NCBI GenBank assembly: GCA_964537315.1
Contig: CAZIAP010000001.1
Coordinates: forward strand, 314,888-378,887
From: an uncultured Gammaproteobacteria bacterium
GTDB taxonomy: Bacteria; Patescibacteriota; Microgenomatia; Levybacterales; GWA1-39-11
DNA: 64,000 bases
Direction of reading: 5' to 3'
The notes under the pieces: generated by a model
The model's database searches: none
The model's input: the letters and a program-made list of their open reading frames with translations, nothing else
Told to the model about the DNA's origin: nothing
Program-made: the position numbers and the translations under genes
In this document: positions 50,261 through 58,796 of the stretch, piece after piece
Position numbering within the stretch: position 1 is the first letter of the stretch
Layout: every line of letters begins with the position of its first letter

Positions 50261-50897
50261 TTACTTCTTTGGCAAGTCATCTCTTTTCCATAACATGTCC
50301 GTAGAGATTCTCCAATCTGGGACATCTCCCATCCATGCGTTTTCCGCGTTTAGTGAGTTAAAATAAATCACACCTTCAAGCAGCGGGTAGTTACCTAAGA
50401 CACCATAAGCGTCAGCAAGCCATGCTCTTTTATGCTCTGACTCTCCGGCAACTCCATTTCATGAGCAAAACGTACTGAATCATCTGTTCCTTATAACTTT
50501 TTATCACCCTAACATTTTCCCTAATAACCTCGTCGTTTAAGCCGTCCAAGGTATCTTGAATCAGGTTGTCCGGGTTATTGGAAAAAGTAGTAAAGGGCTC
50601 TACTGATACGACAGGAACTCTCTGCTTACTTAATGAGGTATCGATGAACTCATACATACCCTCTGAATCTTCCCAGTCAAAATAATTAATCTCTGCATCA
50701 AGATCAGTTAAATCCAATCCTTTTGTCCAAACATCATAAACACCCAAAAACTGCCTGTCCTCAGGTAAACCTATAATAGGAGCTACCTCTTCCTGGTATT
50801 CAGTTGCTGTATCTGTAGGCTGAACATTCGGTGTGACAGTTGCCTCCATTGTTGAGATAGACTCTGAAGTTTCAGTTATCTCCGGACTGGCAAGCAA
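50261..50897 (-). pseudogene. hypothetical acidic protein disrupted by a +1 frameshift near 50430-50460 (155-aa N-terminal ORF plus about 60 codons of C-terminal coding sequence in the next frame)
   Basis: After the 155-aa ORF stop, the adjacent frame encodes clean protein-like sequence to a TAA at 50261-50263 (AWLADAYGVLGNYPLLEGVIYFNSLNAENAWMGDVPDWRISTDMLWKRDDLPKK) but has no start of its own. The upstream ORF begins at TTG. Confidence 0.4.
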
Positions 50898-51000
50898 TTC
50901 TGTATTCCGACTACTTTATTATGGGCTTTTTATTGATTGGTTTTCTGAGTTAATTTTTTGATATGGAGTGTATAAATAATAGGAAAATAATTTGATTCGG

Positions 51001-52122
51001 TTACATCTTTTTACTCTTTCTGGTTTTAGTTTTATTTTTAGACTTCTGAGACTGCTCAGCTCTACCCCCGAGCACACCATACATAGCACGAGTTTCGTCT
51101 GTTGTACCTGATGGGAGTGTTTCTTCAACTGCCTCGATCACAACAGCTTCAAAGTCTGGTCTGCGCTCAGCTGAACCAGTTGCCTGTTCTTGTAACTCTT
51201 GATCGGAGAGTGGCTCATTGGTAGTGTTATTTAATACCTGTTCCAGCACATCATTTTTCTTTGCCTGTTCTATTAATTGATGTGTAATCATATCTCCCCG
51301 TTTGGCTAGAATTGTGTCATTTTGGGAAACAATATTTCTAGTCACGTACTGGCCTACCACCTCTGCTTCTTTTCTCTCCTGAGCCTCCTTCTGTTCTTGG
51401 GCTATCTTACGACGGCTTTTACTCTCAACTTCGCCTGCTCTGTCTTTCACCTGCTGAACCATGTCCTGCGTCTTTTGATCATCACGAGTTTCCTCAATTC
51501 TCTCTCGAGTTTTTTGTGTCAGTTCTTGAGTTTTTTTCTTAGCAGTTTCGAGAATCGAAGGAGCTTCAGTTCGGGCTCTATTCACAGATCCTGTAACCCC
51601 TTGACCTTGTGCTTGTTTTTCAAACTCTGCGTTAACATACTCACGTACTATGATGGCGTCATCACCTACAGTTATGATGTCTTTCGTATTAAAAGTCTTT
51701 TTTCCAGAACCGACGGTTTGTAATGCCCCTTGGCTTACTTCAAATGCTTCAACCTTTCCACTTTTAGCATCAAAGATGAGATCACTAATTCTCCCAAGTT
51801 CCTCACCTTGTTCTGTAATCACTTTATCAGAGGTTAGGTAATTATCCCCTTCAGCTATACTCGCAACTTTCGCTGTTACGTCAGACGCAGTGGAAATTTT
51901 ATCTTCATTTTCAATTAAAACAGCATCTTTTCCTATACTGTGAATATCCCGTGTTAATACAATTTTTGTGTCAGAAAACCATCCACCTTCGTCTAAGACA
52001 AACCCTTCCACTTTGTTTGTCTGCGGATCATATACGACGTCCTGAATTGTTTCATCCATCTTTGTTCCCTCTTTGAGGGTAAATACCGGAAGGCCGATAA
52101 CTGTTTTTGCTTTGACTGTCAT
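51001..52122 (-). CDS. PRC-barrel domain protein with long K/E/Q-rich charged C-terminal tail
   Basis: Two PRC-barrel-like segments (VIGLPVFTLKEGTKMD..., GEELGRISDLIFDAKSGKVEAFEVSQG) followed by low-complexity charged sequence. Confidence 0.65.
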   Translation of the reverse strand: MTVKAKTVIGLPVFTLKEGTKMDETIQDVVYDPQTNKVEGFVLDEGGWFSDTKIVLTRDIHSIGKDAVLIENEDKISTASDVTAKVASIAEGDNYLTSDKVITEQGEELGRISDLIFDAKSGKVEAFEVSQGALQTVGSGKKTFNTKDIITVGDDAIIVREYVNAEFEKQAQGQGVTGSVNRARTEAPSILETAKKKTQELTQKTRERIEETRDDQKTQDMVQQVKDRAGEVESKSRRKIAQEQKEAQERKEAEVVGQYVTRNIVSQNDTILAKRGDMITHQLIEQAKKNDVLEQVLNNTTNEPLSDQELQEQATGSAERRPDFEAVVIEAVEETLPSGTTDETRAMYGVLGGRAEQSQKSKNKTKTRKSKKM

Positions 52123-52128
52123 ATTGTG

Positions 52129-52437
52129 TTACATCTTAGTTGTTGTAGTTTTAATATTGCTTCGATCTTTAAAAAGCAGTCGATATAAATATGAAAGAAG
52201 AAGTCCACCTATAACAGCTATCACTATCCCCTCAAGACTAAATCCACGATCTGCGATACCTAAAAAAGTTCGGGCAAGATAACCACCTATTAGCGCACCG
52301 GCAATCCCAAGAAGCATGGTCCCCAAAAGTCCTCCCCTGACGTTTCCTTTATCTATCGCTTGGATAATAATTCCTGCAATAATGCCAAAAACTCCCCAAA
52401 GAAGTAAGTTCTCTACCGATACTCCAAATATTTCCAT
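52129..52437 (-). CDS. GlsB/YeaQ/YmgE-family stress-response membrane protein
   Basis: LLLWGVFGIIAGIIIQAIDKGNVRGGLLGTMLLGIAGALIGGYLARTFLG is the family signature. Confidence 0.85.
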   Translation of the reverse strand: MEIFGVSVENLLLWGVFGIIAGIIIQAIDKGNVRGGLLGTMLLGIAGALIGGYLARTFLGIADRGFSLEGIVIAVIGGLLLSYLYRLLFKDRSNIKTTTTKM

Positions 52438-52571
52438 AGAATACGGATAGTATATCGCCCAACTTATAATAAAATATGAGCTCAGTAAGATTCATGGAAG
52501 AGTAGAAACGATTTGGCAAATTACCAAGACTGTATTTTGATACAAAGAGATATAACTGCTACAATTTATAT

Positions 52572-53072
52572 ATGCTAGCTATCCCTAAATCTTACGCCCA
52601 TGTTCACGAAAGAAGTGGAGACATTAGCGCGTTAATTCATATCTCGCCTGATGACAAACCAATAGCCAATGAAGAGGCAGTAATACATTTAGGAATTCAG
52701 GATAATAATGAAAATATATATGTGCCAAATTGTAGCTGCATCGTCACCATAATAAAAGACGGAGAAGAAGTACTTAAGTATAAAATTGTTGAAAATTTCG
52801 GAGAAGACGCAACTCTGTATAATGCTTATGTCCCACTTAAATTTCCTAGTGAAGGCGCCTACGATATAATTCTTTCAGGAACAGTTCATGATAACGATGA
52901 GCATAAAGAATTCTCTTTAAACTTCGCTACGTATGTTGAAGAAAGGCAAAAACCTGTAGAAGAAGTACAAAAAACTCAAGATAGCTTTCCTATCATTTTA
53001 GCTGGTTGTATCTTGGCAGTAATTTTGATAATACTATTTTATATAGGGTTTATACGCAAAAAAAAGAGATGA
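52572..53072 (+). CDS. C-terminally membrane-anchored protein of unknown function with His-rich N-terminus (possible CopC-like or copper-associated protein; no signal peptide)
   Basis: MLAIPKSYAHVHERSGD... has a beta-rich body and the C-terminal TM segment ILAGCILAVILIILFYIGFIRKKKR. The TGA stop overlaps the ATG of the next gene (ATGA). Confidence 0.4.
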   Translation: MLAIPKSYAHVHERSGDISALIHISPDDKPIANEEAVIHLGIQDNNENIYVPNCSCIVTIIKDGEEVLKYKIVENFGEDATLYNAYVPLKFPSEGAYDIILSGTVHDNDEHKEFSLNFATYVEERQKPVEEVQKTQDSFPIILAGCILAVILIILFYIGFIRKKKR

Positions 53073-53662
53073 AAAAATTTATAAAAATCTTCACATTCAT
53101 CTTCGTACTCTTCATCTTTACTATAAATCATGCTTCTGCGCATGTAACTGTAAAACCAGAATCAGTTGTGACTGCAAAATTTCAAACATTTACTGTAAGC
53201 GTCCCTGTAGAAAAGGAAATCGGGACTGTAGAAATTAGACTGGAAATTCCTAATGGATTAAAACATGTAACTCCAAACATGAAAAATGGTTGGGAAGTCA
53301 TTAGAGAATTAGATGAAGAACAAAGTTCAGTTAAAGAACTAGTTTGGAAGGGTTACATCCCACCGGGATACCGTGAAGAGTTTAACTTCAGCGCTCAAGC
53401 TCCTGCACAAGAAGGTGAAGTCGCATGGAAAGCTTATCAAACTTATGAAGATGGTAGTGTCGTAGAATGGATTTTTGATCCGAAAACCAAGGAAGGAGAA
53501 CAAACTCCATATTCTATTACAAAAATTGTAAAAAATGCAGACCCATCAGAAATGGTCGAAGAAAGTTTACTACCTCAGGTTTCTGTTCACCATGTCTTAT
53601 TAGTAAGTTTAATAGCACTCGGACTATCCATCAGTGCACACTTTAGAAAAAGAAGAAAATAA
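53069..53662 (+). CDS. YcnI-like DUF1775 copper-binding protein with signal peptide and C-terminal TM anchor
   Basis: MKKFIKIFTFIFVLFIFTINHASA followed by HVTVKPESV..., so the mature N-terminal His sits in an H-V-x-V-x-P context as in YcnI. C-terminal LLVSLIALGLSISAHFRKRRK. Start chosen at ATG 53069, not the ORF-track position 53006. Confidence 0.6.
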   Translation: MKKFIKIFTFIFVLFIFTINHASAHVTVKPESVVTAKFQTFTVSVPVEKEIGTVEIRLEIPNGLKHVTPNMKNGWEVIRELDEEQSSVKELVWKGYIPPGYREEFNFSAQAPAQEGEVAWKAYQTYEDGSVVEWIFDPKTKEGEQTPYSITKIVKNADPSEMVEESLLPQVSVHHVLLVSLIALGLSISAHFRKRRK

Positions 53663-53863
53663 AACCTCAATTTCTCGTATTTTTGTAACCTCCAACCAAT
53701 TCGCTATAATTGATTTATGCTATCAATTATAAAAAAGATCCTACCGGTATTCCTTATTACTGGAGTTCTTCTAATATCATTCTTCCAGATTTAGACTTTA
53801 ACAAAAGAGAGCACAGAAGAAAAAAACAATGAAGAAATTTTAGAGGGACTAGTTTTAAGTGAG

Positions 53864-54856
53864 TTGAAAGCAGAAATAACTAATTTTGATAACAGAGAGT
53901 ATTTATCCCAAGATCTTCAGGTTGAGATTACATCAGGATCAATTAAGAATCGTATAGTAACGGTAGAAACTTCTTATACTCCAAAATTTAGCAATACTAA
54001 GTATAAACAAGGTGACAGACTTCTTATTGGATATATCAATGGAGGCGCTAACAACGAAAATTTTTATGTAATAAGCTATAACCGATCTACCCCCCTTTTA
54101 TTGCTTATAACGATATTTCTTGTTATTTCCGTGCTAGTTGCCAAGAAAAAAAGTATTTACTCACTTTTGGGCATGTCAATGTCAATTCTTATCCTGACAC
54201 TATTTATACTTCCAGCAATTGTTAATGGTTCAAATCCTTTAGTTGTTTCAATACTTGGAATGCTAGTTATGGTTCCTATCTTGTTTTATGTCTCTCATGG
54301 TGTAAATAAAAAAACTACCTCTGCTGTTCTAGGTACAGCAATTACGTTAACACTGACAGCGTTATTGGCTGTCATTTTTGTTAAGCTCATGCGACTTACG
54401 GGACTCACAAACGGTGAGGTAGAAACATTACTCTATCTGAAGGAAGGAAACTTTGATATGCAAGGAGTTTTGCTTGCTGGAATACTTATGGGAGCATTAG
54501 GCGTAATTGATGATGTATCTATGACTCAAGCTTCTGTAGTAGAAGAGTTTCATCGACACGAAAAGACACTATCCAGAAAAGAAATATTTCATAAAGCAAT
54601 GAATGTAGGACGCGATCATATTGCCTCTGTGATTAATACGTTAATTCTTGTATATGTGGGTGGATCACTAACCACACTACTTCTATTTACTGAGTTTCCA
54701 CGCCCAATCAAAGTACTTATGAACAGTGAAGTTGTCCTCATCCCGATTGTAATAGCATTAATTGGAAGTATTGGGTTAATACTTGCAATTCCTTCAACTA
54801 CGCTTTTAGCGATAATGATGACTAAAAGACCAAAAAGACATAAAACAGAGAATTAA
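53864..54856 (+). CDS. YibE/F-family membrane protein; the listed ORF starts at TTG, and the N-terminal TM segment is encoded upstream in the same frame (53717..53791) behind an in-frame TAG
   Basis: The C-terminal 7-TM region has a YibE/F-like hydropathy profile and glycine-rich helices. Upstream, MLSIIKKILPVFLITGVLLISFFQI is followed by TAG at 53792-53794 and the same frame then continues into the ORF. Confidence 0.7.
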   Translation: MKAEITNFDNREYLSQDLQVEITSGSIKNRIVTVETSYTPKFSNTKYKQGDRLLIGYINGGANNENFYVISYNRSTPLLLLITIFLVISVLVAKKKSIYSLLGMSMSILILTLFILPAIVNGSNPLVVSILGMLVMVPILFYVSHGVNKKTTSAVLGTAITLTLTALLAVIFVKLMRLTGLTNGEVETLLYLKEGNFDMQGVLLAGILMGALGVIDDVSMTQASVVEEFHRHEKTLSRKEIFHKAMNVGRDHIASVINTLILVYVGGSLTTLLLFTEFPRPIKVLMNSEVVLIPIVIALIGSIGLILAIPSTTLLAIMMTKRPKRHKTEN

Positions 54857-55077
54857 TTTTCAGAACTCTCCAACCTTCAGTAGAGGTTTCTTGATCTGTG
54901 TCCCTCAAGTGACCCAAGGTGTCCAGATACGGAAAAGTATCATTCCTGATCTTGTAAATTATTATAGACTCTTCTCTGTTGAGCTGTCAAAGCTAAATAT
55001 TTCTACTCAAACCTACTCCGTATAGGTATTTGAATTATCAATTTATTTATTGCATGCTATTTGATACAATCAGGTAA

Positions 55078-55836
55078 ATGAAACCTGATTATTCCAGACT
55101 TCTTACAAGAGAACAGATTTCAGAGATACTTAGTAAGGCATACGAAAAATCAATAGAAAATCATCAGTCAATTCCAACAATAAAAGAAATAAGAAAATTA
55201 CTTAAAGAAGAAGATTTCTTAATTGATAATGAACTAGTAACTGGTAACCAAGTAGAAAAAAGCATAACGCATCATTTTAAGCAATTAAGAGCAGACCCAA
55301 AGTATAAAAACATCAAATACGTATTCCATATAGCTTTAATTGACTTAGGAATTGCAACAGAAGATGAAATCAATAAAAAAGGACCTCGAAGAAATGAAAG
55401 AAATGGAACTGCAGCAGAATACTATGTAATGGCAGAATTATTATTTAAGGGTTATACACCATCTAAATTACTATACGATGAAGGATTAGATATTTTTGCT
55501 GTAAGGGATGGAAGAGGTTATTACATTCAAGTAAAGCATGTTTCCCTATCAAATGGTAAATTACATGTCGACTCAATTAACTTTATGGACAACTCCTCTT
55601 TCAACCCTGCATTTCTGTTTATGGTGCTTAAATACTTTAAAGGGAAGAAAGAAGTAAAAGAATTGTATATATTCACTAAAAATGATTTGTACAATTTTGT
55701 GGGAAGAACTAGAACCGCAAACTACCATTTCAAAATTTTCCAGCGTAATGGTGAAACATATCTAAAACACGATACACGTGTAGAAGAAAATATTGAAAAA
55801 TATAAAGACTCTTGGGAGGTACTAAATTTATCCTAG
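55078..55836 (+). CDS. hypothetical protein with C-terminal YraN/Hjc-like PD-(D/E)xK nuclease-fold domain
   Basis: GTAAEYYVMAELLFKGYTPSKLLYDEGLDIFAVRDGRGYYIQVKH fits the G.AAE...L...GY...D..A..G...hhQVK pattern of UPF0102/YraN and Hjc. Confidence 0.5.
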   Translation: MKPDYSRLLTREQISEILSKAYEKSIENHQSIPTIKEIRKLLKEEDFLIDNELVTGNQVEKSITHHFKQLRADPKYKNIKYVFHIALIDLGIATEDEINKKGPRRNERNGTAAEYYVMAELLFKGYTPSKLLYDEGLDIFAVRDGRGYYIQVKHVSLSNGKLHVDSINFMDNSSFNPAFLFMVLKYFKGKKEVKELYIFTKNDLYNFVGRTRTANYHFKIFQRNGETYLKHDTRVEENIEKYKDSWEVLNLS

Positions 55837-55946
55837 AAATGTGTTGAGCTAGCTAATCACTATTGACTCTCTTTCTATGTTTAACTATCCACTTAATACT
55901 TTTAATAAAGATTGCTAAGTGCGGGTATTTGCATTAATACTGAATA

Positions 55947-57140
55947 TTAATCTTTGTTTTCATCATCTTCAAAAGACATTTGATTCATTATAGATTCTTT
56001 TATATCATCAATTACAATTACACCCGCTTTACCTTTTGCTTTAAAAATATCGCCATGGACTTCAATAATATTTTGAGATTTCAAACTATCTGCTACAAAA
56101 TTAATTCTTGCTTTAGTTAATTGATGTGAGATAGCTACAAATGGCTTCTTAACTGGTTTTTTATTTATTGCTACAACAGAAAATTGTGCTTTACCGTTAG
56201 AAGAAACTAGGTCAACTATCACATCAACTGTTGCATTACTTGCTTCAATAGTTTCATCATTCGCTTCATCCTCTTTTTTTTCTAAATATGTGATGAAATT
56301 ATCTGGAATGGTCATAACTTCATTGAGTTCAATCTTCTTAAATTTTTTTTGATGGTCAGATAAATTAAAGTCCAAAAAGGGATTACCGTGGCTTGTAATT
56401 GATATCTCATCAATACTTGATTCATATTTTCTTATATATTTTGCTATTCCTATACTTTCTGACAAAAAGCTTTTAATGATTCTTGAGTCAATTTCTTGCT
56501 CCATAGCTTCTTTAGCAAAAGCTTCTTCATTTGTGATTTTAATAGTTAACATTCTTTCAACTGTATCTAGATACTCCCGAATAACCTTGTTTGTAGGCGA
56601 TGGTTCTTCCCATAACATATCCGCTTGCTGTTCTGCTTTTATTGATATTGGAATTATAAAACTACCATTTTGTGTATGATTAAATTCAAAATGTTCAATC
56701 GGTACAAATTTACTCCTCCTAGATGAATAAAAAATTCTGAAACTATTTATATTCTTTTGTGGCACATTATTTGCTACTTCAAATGGTATGGCACTACCTT
56801 TATAGTTACCATTATTTACAATCCTATTAATTAATTTATAGTTATATCCTGAAAGCTGGTTATAGATTTCAATGAAATTTTCATCATTTTCTGGTAATTT
56901 AAGAGTATATAACAAAAGTTTTATATTCTTCTGTTGGTAATATTTATAATTATTCGAATTTTCTCCTTTAGGAAGTATCGTCCATAGGTCACTTTGCTCG
57001 TTAAAGACCCACTTTTCATATTCATTTGTAGATTCGATCCTACTCCAATTTGTCCTTCTAAATGCGTCCTTAAAACTACTTATCTTAATTGGTTCAGTTG
57101 TATTCATATTGCTAAAATAATGTTGTAATTGTATTTTCAT
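55947..57140 (-). CDS. hypothetical protein (397 aa), no recognisable domain; second gene of a two-gene overlapping operon
   Basis: Clean ORF that overlaps the upstream 166-aa gene by 29 nt. Acidic C-terminal tail. Confidence 0.5.
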   Translation of the reverse strand: MKIQLQHYFSNMNTTEPIKISSFKDAFRRTNWSRIESTNEYEKWVFNEQSDLWTILPKGENSNNYKYYQQKNIKLLLYTLKLPENDENFIEIYNQLSGYNYKLINRIVNNGNYKGSAIPFEVANNVPQKNINSFRIFYSSRRSKFVPIEHFEFNHTQNGSFIIPISIKAEQQADMLWEEPSPTNKVIREYLDTVERMLTIKITNEEAFAKEAMEQEIDSRIIKSFLSESIGIAKYIRKYESSIDEISITSHGNPFLDFNLSDHQKKFKKIELNEVMTIPDNFITYLEKKEDEANDETIEASNATVDVIVDLVSSNGKAQFSVVAINKKPVKKPFVAISHQLTKARINFVADSLKSQNIIEVHGDIFKAKGKAGVIVIDDIKESIMNQMSFEDDENKD

Positions 57141-57612
57141 TTAATATGTTCGTTTTAGGTATTTTAATCAACCCAGCTTCAATCCTTTGATCAACCTTGT
57201 AGTAATAGGCACATTTTTTGATCAGGATATGATCATGATTAAGTTCCACCCAAGTTTCATAAGATTCACTTTCAGGCAAACATATCAGGAATATATAAAA
57301 ATTTCCAAAACCTATTGGTTCAATAGACGATGATAAGCGGTATTCTATGTAACTATCTGTTTCTTTAATCATTGTACTGCTTGATACAGACACACTTTTT
57401 AATTGGACTTTTATTTCATGAGCTTCTGACGCGACTGATCGACCTTCTCCAACCACTTTATTCATTATTGCGTAATCAACTCCCAATTCGTCAAGTTCTC
57501 TTACTGATGGATTTATTGTGTAGTTAACTTTTGCGACTAGTGCATATAGATATGCTGTGGATGTTTTTTCTTTTATTCTATTAAGAATATTTGTAACAGG
57601 AACATTATTCAT
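57112..57612 (-). CDS. hypothetical protein with PD-(D/E)xK-like motifs (YraN/DUF4365-like); paralogous to the C-terminal domain of 55078..55836
   Basis: STAYLYALVAKVNY...ELGVDYAIMNKVVGEGRSVASEAHEIKVQLKS has the D...E-x-K core and resembles GTAAEYYVMAELLFKGY...GLDIFAV...YIQVKH. Confidence 0.45.
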   Translation of the reverse strand: MNNVPVTNILNRIKEKTSTAYLYALVAKVNYTINPSVRELDELGVDYAIMNKVVGEGRSVASEAHEIKVQLKSVSVSSSTMIKETDSYIEYRLSSSIEPIGFGNFYIFLICLPESESYETWVELNHDHILIKKCAYYYKVDQRIEAGLIKIPKTNILNENTITTLF

Positions 57613-58224
57613 TGAGTAGCATTATAACAGAAGATTATCTTATTTATACCATATATACAAATAAATAATAAATGAAACTACTGATTATTATTTTCGTATC
57701 AAATTGCATATTAAAACTACTACAAAAATATTCAAATCGATCAGTAACTACTGAAGAAATGACAAATTAATCAAAGGAGGAATAATTGACGAATCTCTTG
57801 TAATCGACGATTTAATCCAAGAAAAACGAATTACTAAAATAGGAATTACCAAAAGTACTACAAGGAAATAACTACTTTATCGTTAATTCACGCTATGAAA
57901 TAATATCCTTATTTGTAGGAAAAACAGCCACACAAAACTTGACACTTTTTAACAAATTTTGAGGCTAATATTTAGAAAGACTGTTAATGTCCTATTCCCA
58001 TATAACCCCACAAAACACTACATTTTTGCTTTATTCATTTGTTATAATTCTTCAGATATCTAGAACACCAGGATTAGGGGTCTGGGGCTTAGAAGGTTAA
58101 TACCTGACGCCGATAGAGGGATTCCCCGTCCTCTCTAGATATCAAATTGTATATCTATTTTCTTCTATTTTTATGAAACCCACTCTTCGGTAAACCCAGG
58201 ATAAACGGGAATGGTTCGACAAGG

Positions 58225-58563
58225 TCATAGGTTTTTATACTGTAAATTTTCTAATGTTTTCTTTAATGCTTGTTTGATATGATCACGACCGAAGCCACTT
58301 TTCAAAAATTTTTCTCTAGCTTTTGCATCACGCTGGTCAGTAAATGACTCGTAGAAAATTAACTTTAACGGTCTGCGGTGCTTTGTAGCACTGACATACC
58401 CCTTTTCATGTTCAATTATTCTTTGATTTAAATTAGTGGTATAGCCTGTATATAACTTGTGATCACGCAGACTAAAGAGAATATATACGTAAAAATTAGA
58501 AGATAAAACGTCTGACGTTTTATTCATTAATAATATAAAATGGGAGAAGAGTAATCGAGTCAA
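58225..58563 (-). CDS. GIY-YIG nuclease family protein
   Basis: YVYILFSLRDHKLYTGYTTNLNQRIIEH contains GIY-YIG motif variants (VYIL...YTGYT). The ~110-aa size is typical of standalone GIY-YIG proteins. Confidence 0.8.
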   Translation of the reverse strand: MTRLLFSHFILLMNKTSDVLSSNFYVYILFSLRDHKLYTGYTTNLNQRIIEHEKGYVSATKHRRPLKLIFYESFTDQRDAKAREKFLKSGFGRDHIKQALKKTLENLQYKNL

Positions 58564-58616
58564 ACTCGATTCACCTTCATCAAACTCTACTCCGGGCGGA
58601 GCCGAGTTTGACTCGG

Positions 58617-58689
58617 TGACCCCACGGGAATTCGAATCCCGGTTTCTGGGATGAGAACCCAGTGTCCTAGGCCTCTAGACGATGGGGCC
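58617..58689 (-). tRNA. tRNA-Glu (anticodon CUC), 73 nt, CCA not encoded
   Basis: Manual fold: acceptor GGCCCCA/TGGGGTC, D-arm GTCT-AGAGGCCTA-GGAC, anticodon arm CTGGG-TTCTCAT-CCCAG (U33, CUC, A37), variable loop AAAC, T-arm CGGGA-TTCGAAT-TCCCG, discriminator A. Confidence 0.85.
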
Positions 58690-58761
58690 GTCAAAAAACT
58701 CTAATATACAAAAGGATTAGAACTTAGAGGTACGAGAATTATATCAAATTCAAATCTTAAA

Positions 58762-58796
58762 TCAAAAAAAGATCTGCGCCGGAGGAGCTGCAGATC
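58762..58796 (-). terminator. rho-independent terminator (GATCTGCAGCTCCTCCGGCGCAGATC hairpin followed by a T7 run on the minus strand)
   Basis: Perfect 7-bp GC-rich stem GATCTGC/GCAGATC, followed on the minus strand by TTTTTTT. Confidence 0.65.

Noticed and set aside
53006-53068. ORF-track start at 53006 for the YcnI-like gene (MYLGSNFDNTILYRVYTQKKE...)
   Set aside because: This extension overlaps the upstream gene by 67 nt and adds non-hydrophobic residues ahead of an obvious signal peptide. ATG 53069 forms an ATGA coupling with the upstream stop and gives a canonical signal peptide.
53792-53794. Global stop-codon reassignment (e.g. code 25 UGA=Gly or a TAG sense codon) explaining the in-frame TAG in YibE/F
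   Set aside because: TGA terminates 3797..4378 and 52572..53072, TAG terminates 10181..10939, and most genes end in TAA with normal lengths. The genome therefore uses the standard code and the TAG is a local event.
58195-58224. Second tRNA suggested by a GGTTCGACAAGG T-loop-like motif
   Set aside because: The flanking sequence cannot form a T-stem, acceptor stem or anticodon arm.
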